NCBI GenBank assembly: GCA_003023665.1
Contig: PXYR01000001.1
Location: forward strand, 1 to 47,981
DNA: 47,981 bases
Direction of reading: 5' to 3'
Origin: Bacteroidota bacterium
Lineage (GTDB): Bacteria; Bacteroidota; Bacteroidia; Flavobacteriales; Schleiferiaceae
The translations under genes were made by a program, and so were the position numbers. Under the pieces are notes generated by a model. That model saw nothing but the letters and a program-made list of their open reading frames with translations, ran no database searches and was not told where the DNA came from. This document shows, piece after piece, positions 18,445 through 26,481 of this stretch. The stretch's first letter is position 1; every line of letters begins with the position of its first letter.

Positions 18445-20286
18445 ATGAAGGTGTTTACGTCTCCGTTTTTTTATTTACCCGTTGCGGTTCTTCTTTCCAT
18501 CCATACAGGACTTCAAGACTTGGGTTTATGGCAACGAATGGCAATGGGAGGAATACTTGGACTAGCCACTTTGGGAATTCACAGAAAAAGTTTCAGCACC
18601 AAAATCACATTAATAGATTTGATGATACTCGGGTTAGTCGCGTGGCCACTCCTGAAATATGGTGCTGTCAGCGCCCAAAGTGAACTCCATGGTCATATTG
18701 CTAGAATGGCGTTGCTGTTTGGAATAACGGTGATTTCAGCAGATGCATTTAGAAATAGAGAAAAGGACACTCTTCTTGCCTTTAGCGTGGGGGCTCAAAT
18801 TGCTTTAATCATTGCGGGATTAAGTATTTTACCCGCAATTAATGATGCTTACAAAGAAGGGAATATTTACCTCGCGAGCGGCCAACTATTCGCGCACAAA
18901 AATTATGCAGCGGCTACCTTGTTAATGCTCCTTCCTGCTGCTTTATCCTGCAGGTTGCCCGATTCCATTGGATTATGGCTGCAGAGAATAGCTGTTAGTC
19001 TTGCTGTTTTAGAAATTCTTCTTCTACAAACTAGAGGCGTGTGGGTAGCGGCATTTCTTGTTATACTCATCTCCATAGCAGTATATTCATTTCATAAGAA
19101 GAGTCAAAATAGAAATAACAGTCTTGTTGCATTAGGAATAATTACAGTTGGAATTGGACTTGTGGTACTATTTAGTGGGAGTGAAAAAATAATTGATAAT
19201 AGCACCATTCAAAGCAGAATGCACTATTGGAAAGCCTCCAAAGAAATGTTCTTGGACAACCCCATTACTGGCGTGGGTGCAGGGCAATGGAAAGTAGCCT
19301 ATCCGGGCACGGGCTTAAAAGGAACCAATGAAAGCGTTATGAATGGAACTACCTCTATTCTACGACCGCATAATGATTTGATTTGGCTTTTAAGTGAAAC
19401 AGGAGTTGGCGTCCTCTTTTTTATAGGTCTTATTGGCCTGTGTATCGTGCATTTATTTCAACATAAACAACAACTCATTTTTGGACTTACAACAATTGCT
19501 TTCGTAGGCTATGGTTTAGGAGAGTTCCCACTGGAAAGAGCCACCTTGTTGATTCCATTCGGCGTTGCATTGGGTTACTTATCCGCTACCTCAAAAGTAC
19601 TACTGTCAACCACCAAGCTATCGGGATTCGTGTTGACCTCAGCACTTCTAATTTATTCGGTTTTCATCAGTTTCTCTAGAATCAATGGAGAAAAAGATGC
19701 TTCTCGTGCATTGGATGGATACCAGAGTCGGAACACCAAAAAAATGATTGGGTACAGCGCTTCGGCACAAAGCCCATACTTTGAAATGGATATCTATAAC
19801 AATCCCATGCCCTATTTTGAAGGATTAGGTATTCTTATGCAGGCCGGACAAAACCCCAATACGTCTGCACTAAAGAAATGTGCTGCTAAATTTCAAGAAG
19901 CTTTAGAAATCCATCCAAACCACATTCTTAGTCTAAATCAAATGGGGCAAATCCGCAGAATAGAGGGTAAGTTGACAGAGGCGCAGGATTATTACGATCA
20001 GGTGCTTTCTATGAGCCCTAGAAATACATCTGCCGCTTTAAGACTTATTGAAATAAGACGCCTTCAGGGGGATATTTATGGCTCCCTAGATGCATTGAAG
20101 ATGATTGACCCTAAGTACAACACGCCGCAATCCTTACCCGGTTTAGGGCGTGAAGCAGTACAAACGCTTCAAAGCTTTGCTTCGATTCCAAATCCAAGAG
20201 CAGCTTCTAAAGAGCTACACAGCAAACTTCAAGGGCAAAAACCTGGAGCAATGTGGCAGACCTGGGTAGAGTTTAGAAAAAAATAA
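18445..20286 (+). CDS. polytopic membrane protein with O-antigen-ligase-like (Wzy_C) domain and C-terminal TPR repeats
   Basis: About 10 or more hydrophobic segments. LLLQTRGVWVAAFL plus a following large loop containing HNDLIW resemble Wzy_C. The last ~150 aa show TPR-like repeats (ALEIHPNH, AQDYYDQVLSMSPRN). The start was moved to MKVFTS (18445), because the 104 upstream codons run antisense through icmF. Confidence 0.65.
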   Translation: MKVFTSPFFYLPVAVLLSIHTGLQDLGLWQRMAMGGILGLATLGIHRKSFSTKITLIDLMILGLVAWPLLKYGAVSAQSELHGHIARMALLFGITVISADAFRNREKDTLLAFSVGAQIALIIAGLSILPAINDAYKEGNIYLASGQLFAHKNYAAATLLMLLPAALSCRLPDSIGLWLQRIAVSLAVLEILLLQTRGVWVAAFLVILISIAVYSFHKKSQNRNNSLVALGIITVGIGLVVLFSGSEKIIDNSTIQSRMHYWKASKEMFLDNPITGVGAGQWKVAYPGTGLKGTNESVMNGTTSILRPHNDLIWLLSETGVGVLFFIGLIGLCIVHLFQHKQQLIFGLTTIAFVGYGLGEFPLERATLLIPFGVALGYLSATSKVLLSTTKLSGFVLTSALLIYSVFISFSRINGEKDASRALDGYQSRNTKKMIGYSASAQSPYFEMDIYNNPMPYFEGLGILMQAGQNPNTSALKKCAAKFQEALEIHPNHILSLNQMGQIRRIEGKLTEAQDYYDQVLSMSPRNTSAALRLIEIRRLQGDIYGSLDALKMIDPKYNTPQSLPGLGREAVQTLQSFASIPNPRAASKELHSKLQGQKPGAMWQTWVEFRKK

Positions 20287-20310
20287 CGCGAAAAAATAAA
20301 TTGTAAAATA

Positions 20311-20340
20311 TTTGACAATAGTTAGTCGTTATTATTTTAT
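20311..20340 (+). promoter_or_regulatory. candidate Bacteroidota-type promoter (TTTG ... TATTTTAT)
   Basis: TTTG lies at 20311-20314 and TATTTTAT at 20333-20340. The latter matches 6 of 8 positions of TAnnTTTG, with an 18-nt spacer, and lies about 18 nt upstream of the small ORF. Confidence 0.25.
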
Positions 20341-20357
20341 ATCCTACATTCGTAACT

Positions 20358-20444
20358 ATGTCAAACGTATTTATTCATAATACAATCAATAATAACCACA
20401 TTACTATGTGGAAGGGTTGTATGTATAAAAAAGTGAAGGCATAA
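20358..20444 (+). CDS. 28-codon candidate leader ORF (MSNVFIHNTINNNHITMWKGCMYKKVKA)
   Basis: ATG to TAA read directly from the sequence. Five of 28 codons are Asn, three of them consecutive (20388-20396). Its last codons overlap an alternative-pairing element of the downstream terminator. Confidence 0.25.
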   Translation: MSNVFIHNTINNNHITMWKGCMYKKVKA

Positions 20445-20484
20445 ATTAAAAATAGACAACCCAAGATATTCAAAGCGCCTTCAC
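20433..20484 (+). promoter_or_regulatory. putative antiterminator pairing (GTGAAGGC 20433-20440 with GCCTTCAC 20477-20484)
   Basis: The upstream 8-mer is an exact copy of the terminator 3' arm, so it competes for the 5' arm. This was seen directly in the sequence. Confidence 0.3.
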
Positions 20485-20505
20485 CATGTGAAGGCGCTTT
20501 TTTTA
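20472..20505 (+). terminator. strong rho-independent terminator 18 nt upstream of the next start codon
   Basis: AAAGCGCCTTCAC (20472-20484), loop CAT, GTGAAGGCGCTTT (20488-20500). The stem is 10 GC-rich bp with an A-U extension, followed by a T7 run. Confidence 0.8.
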
Positions 20506-20522
20506 TCTAAAAAGCATACTAC

Positions 20523-20897
20523 ATGAAAAATTTCTTTTCCTCAGTTAAAAAACAAGGACCCTTAAAATCAAGAATGCAATTGAGCATAGACAAAGACATG
20601 GTGGACAGTCAAGGGATGCTTACGCTGTGGAATTTGATGGACACCATGAATTCCATTAAAGAAAATCGTATCCAATCTCTATTTATCAATGATCGCTACG
20701 AAGAAAGTGTCAAAAATATTGACCTAAAACTTTATAGGAATGCCGCACTTGGAGAAGACCTTTTAGTAGAAAGTAATTTCGCTCCAAACGGTAAACGCCA
20801 GGTGGACCTCAAGGTCTATGTGAGCAAACGAATCAAAGGCGAACCCGCAAGAAGAGTATGCAAAGCCGTTTATACGCTAACCATTAAACCTAAATAG
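20523..20897 (+). CDS. hypothetical protein, hotdog-fold (acyl-CoA thioesterase-like) by pattern
   Basis: 124 aa. GMLTLWNLMDTMNSI ... IDLKLYRNAALGEDLLVES ... GKRQVDLKVYV ... CKAVYTLTI follows the helix-plus-long-sheet layout of YciA/4HBT thioesterases. The similarity was judged by eye only. Confidence 0.4.
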   Translation: MKNFFSSVKKQGPLKSRMQLSIDKDMVDSQGMLTLWNLMDTMNSIKENRIQSLFINDRYEESVKNIDLKLYRNAALGEDLLVESNFAPNGKRQVDLKVYVSKRIKGEPARRVCKAVYTLTIKPK

Positions 20898-20907
20898 TAC
20901 TGGAATT

Positions 20908-20958
20908 GGGCTCGATCGTGATGTGAGTGTTTGTGGTTATTTATACTCGAGCCCTTTT
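20908..20958 (+). terminator. weak hairpin plus T4 after the hotdog-like gene
   Basis: GGGCTCGA (20908-20915) pairs with TCGAGCCC (20947-20954) and is followed by TTTT. The 31-nt loop makes it a poor canonical terminator. Confidence 0.25.
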
Positions 20959-20980
20959 CTACCAGGACGTAGTACCCCTG

Positions 20981-21012
20981 AAAAAAGCCCGGTGCGTTGC
21001 ACCGGGCTTTTT
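20981..21012. terminator. bidirectional rho-independent terminator between convergent hotdog-like gene and valS
   Basis: A6, then GCCCGGTGC, loop GTT, GCACCGGGC, then T5. The A and T runs on both sides allow termination in either direction. Confidence 0.8.
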
Positions 21013-21022
21013 GATTCCCAAA

Positions 21023-23617
21023 TTATTTTTTCAAAGCCTCTAATCGCTGAGTAATTAGCGTAATCTTGGATTCCGCATCCGCTTGCTTTTTACGTTCCGA
21101 AGCAACCACCGCATCGGGTGCATTGGACACAAACCGTTCATTACTCAATTTTTTAAGCACACTGTTTAAGAAACCCTCCGTATACTTCAATTCCTCTTGA
21201 AGCTTAGCTATCTCTTCATCTAAATCAACAAAAGCATCAGCAGGAATAGTATAGTTGATGCCCCCCACGACAAAACTAAATGCAGATTTTTTCACTTCTT
21301 CTACTTCAACTATAGCCTCCACATTCGCTAGTTTCTTAATTAAAGAATCGTAGGATGAATCGTGATTGGTATTCTTCACAATCTCGATAGTCAATAATTC
21401 TTTTGGGGCAATACCGTTTTCATTGCGCACAGTTCGAATGCCACCGACAATATCCGCAAAGTGCTCAAACGATTTTAGCACCCGAGCGTCTGTGACTTCT
21501 AAAGTTGGCCAAACCGCAAAATTGATGGTTTCTCCGTCCTTTCTATCCGCTAGATTTTGCCATAATTCTTCGGTAATAAATGGCATAAACGGGTGCATAA
21601 TTTCTAAAAGTGAATTGAATATGGCTTTGGTTTCCTCTAAAGCATCACCTGAAATACGTTCGCCCTTCAATGGCTTTATCATCTCAAGATACCATGAACA
21701 GAAATCGTCCCAAACCAATTTATATGTTGTCATTAGAGCCTCTGATAGTCTGTACTTTTCAAAACTACTTTCAAGTTCTATTAGTGCCTCCGCTATTCTG
21801 TTTCGCATCCAATTAATGGACAATCTTTCGCTCGGGTTCATTTCACCATCACCGGATTCCCACATTCCCACCAAACGGAAGGCATTCCAAACCTTATTTG
21901 CAAAGAAGGAACCTTGAGAACATAAATCCTCATCAAAAAGTAAATCGTTCCCCGCTGGTGCAGTCATTAACATACCAACACGAACTCCGTCCGCACCATA
22001 CTTATCTATCAGGTCCAACGGATCGGGACTGTTTCCTAATGATTTTGACATTTTTCGACGTTTCTTGTCACGAACCATTCCGGTAAAATAAACATCCTTA
22101 AAAGGTCGTTTACCTTTAAATTCATAACCAGCCATAATCATTCTAGCCACCCAAAAGAAAATGATGTCTTGACCTGTAACTAGGGTATTTGTTGGATAGA
22201 AATAATCCTCTTCCTCCTTATTACCAGAGAAAACGCTATACGGCCATAACCATGAACTGAACCAAGTATCCATTACATCTTCATCTTGATGAATCTCAGA
22301 AGTTCCAAGTGCAGCCACCGCTTCTTCATGCGATTTACATACAGCAACATTTCCTTTAGAATCATACCAAGCGGGTATTCTATGACCCCACCAAAGCTGC
22401 CTAGACACACACCAGTCTTTGATGTTTTCCATCCAATAGAGGTATGTTTTTTCTGTATGCGATGGATATAGGGCAACATCTTTTGATTTCACACCGTCAA
22501 TAGCCTTTTCGGCAAGGCTAGACATTTTTAAAAACCATTGCATACTGAGTCGAGGCTCTATTACAGCATCTGTTCGCTCACTGCGACCAACCTTGTTGCG
22601 AAGATCTTTGGTTTCAACTAAAAGCCCCTCCGACTCGAGCGCCTTGGCCACTTTTTTTCGAGCATCAAATCGATCAAGTCCTACAAATTGGCCGCCATGT
22701 TCATTCAAGGCAGCATGCTCATCAAAAACATTTATGACTTCAAGATCATGCTTTTCGCCTAACATCTGATCATTGGTGTCATGGGCAGGAGTGACTTTTA
22801 AGGCTCCCGTACCAAACTCTATATCCACATATTCATCAAAAATGATGGGAACTTTTCTACCTACAAGCGGCACAATGGCTTGCTTGCCTTTCAAATGCTG
22901 ATAACGTTGATCCTCTGGATGCACGCATACAGCAGTATCACCGAATATAGTTTCTGGACGTGTCGTTGCCACTTGTAATGCTTCATCTGAGCCATCAATC
23001 TGATAGGACATGTAATACAGCCTACTGTTTTCTTCTTTATGAATGACTTCCTCATCAGAAATTGCAGTCAAAGCAACTGGATCCCAATTGACCATTCGAA
23101 GTCCGCGATAGATTAACCCTTTTTTATGCAGGTCAATAAACACATCTACAACTTGTTCACTCCTAACATCATCTAAAGTGAATGCCGTTCGATCCCAATC
23201 GCACGAGGCACCCAATCGACGAAGCTGCTTTAGAATGATTCCGCCGTATTCATCTGTCCAATCCCAAGCGTGCTTCAAGAAATCTTCTCGGCTCAAATCT
23301 GATTTTTTAATACCCTGCTCACGTAGTCGTTTGACCACTTTTGCCTCTGTTGCAATAGAAGCATGATCTGTACCAGGCACCCAACATGCGTTCAAACCAA
23401 GCATGCGCGCTCTTCTAATAAGAACGTCTTGAACGGTATTATTCAACATATGCCCCATGTGCAGTACACCCGTAACATTGGGCGGAGGAATTACTATTGT
23501 ATACGGCTCTTTATCAGATACTTTCGCATGGAAGTATTTATTATTTAACCAGTGTGTATACCACTTAGATTCTATTTCTCCGGGAGTGTATTTACCGATT
23601 TCACGCATGAAGCTCAT
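21023..23617 (-). CDS. valS: valine--tRNA ligase
   Basis: PPPNVTGVLHMGH (HIGH), KMSKS, the class-I editing domain and a C-terminal coiled coil are present. The start was set at MSFMREIGKY (23617), because the -7 box at 23633-23640 overlaps the ATG at 23635. ATG 23608 is also possible. Confidence 0.95.
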   Translation of the reverse strand: MSFMREIGKYTPGEIESKWYTHWLNNKYFHAKVSDKEPYTIVIPPPNVTGVLHMGHMLNNTVQDVLIRRARMLGLNACWVPGTDHASIATEAKVVKRLREQGIKKSDLSREDFLKHAWDWTDEYGGIILKQLRRLGASCDWDRTAFTLDDVRSEQVVDVFIDLHKKGLIYRGLRMVNWDPVALTAISDEEVIHKEENSRLYYMSYQIDGSDEALQVATTRPETIFGDTAVCVHPEDQRYQHLKGKQAIVPLVGRKVPIIFDEYVDIEFGTGALKVTPAHDTNDQMLGEKHDLEVINVFDEHAALNEHGGQFVGLDRFDARKKVAKALESEGLLVETKDLRNKVGRSERTDAVIEPRLSMQWFLKMSSLAEKAIDGVKSKDVALYPSHTEKTYLYWMENIKDWCVSRQLWWGHRIPAWYDSKGNVAVCKSHEEAVAALGTSEIHQDEDVMDTWFSSWLWPYSVFSGNKEEEDYFYPTNTLVTGQDIIFFWVARMIMAGYEFKGKRPFKDVYFTGMVRDKKRRKMSKSLGNSPDPLDLIDKYGADGVRVGMLMTAPAGNDLLFDEDLCSQGSFFANKVWNAFRLVGMWESGDGEMNPSERLSINWMRNRIAEALIELESSFEKYRLSEALMTTYKLVWDDFCSWYLEMIKPLKGERISGDALEETKAIFNSLLEIMHPFMPFITEELWQNLADRKDGETINFAVWPTLEVTDARVLKSFEHFADIVGGIRTVRNENGIAPKELLTIEIVKNTNHDSSYDSLIKKLANVEAIVEVEEVKKSAFSFVVGGINYTIPADAFVDLDEEIAKLQEELKYTEGFLNSVLKKLSNERFVSNAPDAVVASERKKQADAESKITLITQRLEALKK

Positions 23618-23632
23618 TCTTGTTATAAGTTG

Positions 23633-23640
23633 CAAAAATA
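23633..23640 (-). promoter_or_regulatory. -7 promoter box TATTTTTG (perfect TAnnTTTG) for valS
   Basis: The reverse complement of CAAAAATA lies 15 nt upstream of the ATG at 23617. Confidence 0.5.
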
Positions 23641-23714
23641 AGCGCCTTCACGCATCCAAAGAACCCTAAGGCTAAGAGTTTGTTAATTTCCTTTGAAAGC
23701 CACTTCATTAGAAT

Positions 23715-23722
23715 TACATTTG
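23715..23722 (+). promoter_or_regulatory. -7 promoter box TACATTTG (perfect TAnnTTTG) for the DUF1573 gene
   Basis: Located 23 nt upstream of the ATG at 23746. Confidence 0.45.
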
Positions 23723-23745
23723 GTTTTCCAAATTATGATAAAGAC

Positions 23746-24186
23746 ATGAAAAAATTCATCCTAACATTGGCCGTTGCTCTATTCGGTTTTGCGGCTCAAG
23801 CACAAGAGCAACCTGCAGATGGCGCGAAAATTCAATTCGCAGAAAAAGTAATTAATTACGGTAAAATTGATAAAGGAGCTAATGGAACTAGAGTCTTTAA
23901 GTTCAAAAATGAAGGAAATCAACCTTTAGTATTGAATACAGTCCGTGCTTCTTGTGGTTGTACTACCCCTAAATGGACGCGCGAACCAATAGCGCCAGGT
24001 CAAGAAGGTGAAATCACTGTAAAATATGACACAAATAGAATGGGTAACTTTCACAAAACTGTTACTGTCAATTCAAATGCAACCAATAAAACAGTCGTGT
24101 TGACTATTAAGGGACAGGTTATGAATCCTGCTGCACAGCAAACTACACCGACTAAAAAAGAAGGCGGAAGTATTATAGCCAAATAA
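23746..24186 (+). CDS. DUF1573 domain-containing secreted protein
   Basis: Signal peptide MKKFILTLAVALFGFAAQA. The core FKFKNEGNQPLVLNTVRASCGCTTPKWTREPIAPGQEGEITVKYD matches the DUF1573 SCGCT signature. Confidence 0.8.
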   Translation: MKKFILTLAVALFGFAAQAQEQPADGAKIQFAEKVINYGKIDKGANGTRVFKFKNEGNQPLVLNTVRASCGCTTPKWTREPIAPGQEGEITVKYDTNRMGNFHKTVTVNSNATNKTVVLTIKGQVMNPAAQQTTPTKKEGGSIIAK

Positions 24187-24218
24187 GGAATACTACATTC
24201 CTACGATATTTTAAGAAA

Positions 24219-24243
24219 GCCCCGTATTTTTGCGGGGCTTTTT
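24219..24243 (+). terminator. rho-independent terminator after the DUF1573 gene
   Basis: GCCCCGT (24219-24225), loop, GCGGGGC (24232-24238), then T5. Confidence 0.7.
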
Positions 24244-24264
24244 CATTCTTAAAAACAAAGATTG

Positions 24265-25464
24265 ATGCCTTCTATATCTACCAAAGGCCATAACATGCCT
24301 TCAAGCCCTATACGCAAGCTTGTTCCATTTGCAGAACAAGCGGAGCGAAACGGGAATAAAGTATTCTATTTAAACATTGGCCAGCCCGATATACAAACGC
24401 CTCTAGGTGCGCAAAAAGCTATTAAAGAAGCTGACGTTCCTGTTTTAGCCTACAGCCACAGCGCCGGCTTTGAAACTCTTCGCAAAGGACTTTCAGACTA
24501 TTATCACGGTAAAAAATTACCAGTTAGCACGGATGAAATTATCGTTACAACTGGTGGATCAGAAGCACTGCTTTTTACCTTTGGCGCTGCCATGGATGAA
24601 GGTGATGAAATCATTATTCCTGAGCCGTTTTATGCCAACTATAATGGGTTTGCTACTGCAAGTGGTGTGAAAGTTGTCCCAGTGGAGGCATCCATTCAAA
24701 ATGGATTTGCATTGCCTCCTGTTGAGCTGTTTGAACAATCCATTACTCCTAAGACCAAAGGAATTTTAATCTGTAATCCAGGAAATCCAACGGGATACTT
24801 GTATAGTAAAGAGGAACTTGAACAATTAAAATCCATTGTTTTAAAGCATGATTTGTTTCTAATTGCAGATGAAGTCTATCGTGAATTCACTTATGACAAC
24901 GAACAGCACCATAGCATCTTAAGTATGGATGGAATGGAAGATCATGCTATTGTTGTTGACAGTTTCTCCAAAAGATACAGCATGTGTGGTGCTAGAATTG
25001 GTTGCTTGGTTAGTAAGAACAAGGAGTTTATGGCTACAGCAATGAAATTTGCACAAGCGCGTCTTTCACCTCCTACCTATGCCCAAATTGCCAGTGAAGC
25101 AGCATTGAAAACACCTCAGGAATATTTTGACCAAGTGAACGCCGAATACGTGGAACGAAGAAACGTGCTGGTTGAAGGCTTGAATAGTATTGATGGGGTT
25201 TTCTGTCCCATGCCCAAAGGCGCATTTTATGCTGTTGCATCCTTTCCTGTTGAAAGTGCAGAACATTTTGCGCAATGGTTACTTAGTGATTTCAACTACA
25301 AGGGAATGACTTTAATGATGGCACCTGCGGCTGGATTCTATGCCAAGCCTGAACTAGGTGTACAGCAAGCAAGATTGGCTTATGTTCTTAACACAGACGC
25401 GTTAAAGGAATGTATTGCTATATTGAGAGCAGCGTTAGAAGTTTATCCGCACACTACTAGATAA
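24265..25464 (+). CDS. class I/II pyridoxal-phosphate aminotransferase (aspartate/aromatic aminotransferase-like)
   Basis: SPIRKL, NPGNPTG and the PLP-lysine motif SFSKRYSMCGARIG are present. Substrate cannot be assigned from sequence alone. Confidence 0.85.
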   Translation: MPSISTKGHNMPSSPIRKLVPFAEQAERNGNKVFYLNIGQPDIQTPLGAQKAIKEADVPVLAYSHSAGFETLRKGLSDYYHGKKLPVSTDEIIVTTGGSEALLFTFGAAMDEGDEIIIPEPFYANYNGFATASGVKVVPVEASIQNGFALPPVELFEQSITPKTKGILICNPGNPTGYLYSKEELEQLKSIVLKHDLFLIADEVYREFTYDNEQHHSILSMDGMEDHAIVVDSFSKRYSMCGARIGCLVSKNKEFMATAMKFAQARLSPPTYAQIASEAALKTPQEYFDQVNAEYVERRNVLVEGLNSIDGVFCPMPKGAFYAVASFPVESAEHFAQWLLSDFNYKGMTLMMAPAAGFYAKPELGVQQARLAYVLNTDALKECIAILRAALEVYPHTTR

Positions 25465-25473
25465 TAAGGAAAG

Positions 25474-26481
25474 GTGATTGTACAAATTAATCAAAGCTTA
25501 GCAAAGCTAAATACCTTTGGAATAGATCAAAAGGCAAGCCGATTAATTTGGGCACATAGTGCGGAAGAAATCGCAAACTACTTAAAGCATCACGGCGCGC
25601 CTGCCCTTGTTCTAGGTGGTGGCTCAAATATGCTACTTACCAACGATGTAGAAGGAGATGTCTTAAAGGTAGACATACATGGACGGGAAGTTGTCTTTGA
25701 AGACAATGACCATGTTCACATCCGTTTTGGTGCAGGTGAAAATTGGCACGAGGTTGTTCTATGGACCCTAATGCAAGGCCTAGGAGGCTTGGAAAATTTA
25801 AGTCTTATACCAGGAAATTGCGGAACTGCACCGGTTCAAAATATTGGTGCTTACGGAGTGGAATTACAGGATGTATTTGTAAGCTGTGAGGGTGTAATGA
25901 TTGACGATAGCTCTCCGTTCAAACTGTCCAAAGAAGAGGCGCGGTTTGGTTATCGAAACAGCATTTTCAAAAATGAATGGAAAGGAAAGGCCGTTATTAC
26001 ACAGGTTGTTTTGAAATTGACTAAAAGAAATCACCGAATTAATGCAGAGTATGGTGCAATAAAGGGTGAACTACAAAAAATGGGTGTTTCCAAACCTACA
26101 CCAAAGCAAATTAGCGATGTTGTTGTTGCAATACGCAAAAGCAAACTTCCCGACCCTTCGCAAATCGGTAATAGCGGTTCTTTTTTTAAAAACCCCGTTG
26201 TATCCACAGAAAAAGCAGAAGAACTTCTAGATAAATATCCCAACATGCCTTCTTATCCTGCAGAAGGCGGCAAAAAGCTGGCGGCAGGTTGGATCATTGA
26301 AAAGTGTGGATGGAAAGGGCATAGAGAAAAAGATGCAGGTGTGCACCAAAATCAAGCGTTAGTTTTGGTCAATTATGGCAACGCCACTGGACGTGAAATC
26401 CACTTGCTTGCTCAAAACATAATGGAAGATGTGTATGCACGTTTTGGAATTCAACTAGAACCTGAAGTAAATCTTATTTAA
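25474..26481 (+). CDS. murB: UDP-N-acetylenolpyruvoylglucosamine reductase
   Basis: FAD-binding N-terminus (NTFGI, LGGGSNML), GNCGTAPVQNIGAYG and GSFFKNP. GTG start, with no in-frame ATG nearby. Confidence 0.92.
   Translation: MIVQINQSLAKLNTFGIDQKASRLIWAHSAEEIANYLKHHGAPALVLGGGSNMLLTNDVEGDVLKVDIHGREVVFEDNDHVHIRFGAGENWHEVVLWTLMQGLGGLENLSLIPGNCGTAPVQNIGAYGVELQDVFVSCEGVMIDDSSPFKLSKEEARFGYRNSIFKNEWKGKAVITQVVLKLTKRNHRINAEYGAIKGELQKMGVSKPTPKQISDVVVAIRKSKLPDPSQIGNSGSFFKNPVVSTEKAEELLDKYPNMPSYPAEGGKKLAAGWIIEKCGWKGHREKDAGVHQNQALVLVNYGNATGREIHLLAQNIMEDVYARFGIQLEPEVNLI

Noticed and set aside
20908-20954. The hairpin with a 31-nt GT-rich loop after the hotdog-like gene, considered as a possible small RNA
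   Set aside because: It is only an 8-bp stem. It sits in the 3' UTR directly before a canonical bidirectional terminator and has no promoter-like element. It is more simply part of the 3' UTR structure.
21366-21917. 183-aa plus-strand ORF inside valS, and similar antisense ORFs at 4380-4805, 17597-18016, 41042-41488, 42836-43120 and 44722-45024
   Set aside because: All lie fully antisense to genes with unmistakable conserved motifs. They have low-complexity, Ser/Leu/Arg-rich translations typical of shadow frames, and no start context or family resemblance.
23640-23651. The 12-mer AAGCGCCTTCAC, shared between the valS upstream region and the terminator 5' arm at 20473-20484. On the opposite strand the match extends to GTGAAGGCGCTT[T/A]TTTTT.
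   Set aside because: A back-of-envelope estimate for about 2x48 kb gives more than 100 chance exact 12-mer pairs and about 2 chance 17-of-18 matches. No complementary arm exists at the valS site. I treat it as coincidence between a terminator T-run and a T-rich -7 box.
23618-23745. Possible T-box or other leader RNA upstream of valS
   Set aside because: The -7 box sits 15 nt from the chosen start codon, leaving no room for a structured leader. No specifier or terminator arrangement is visible.
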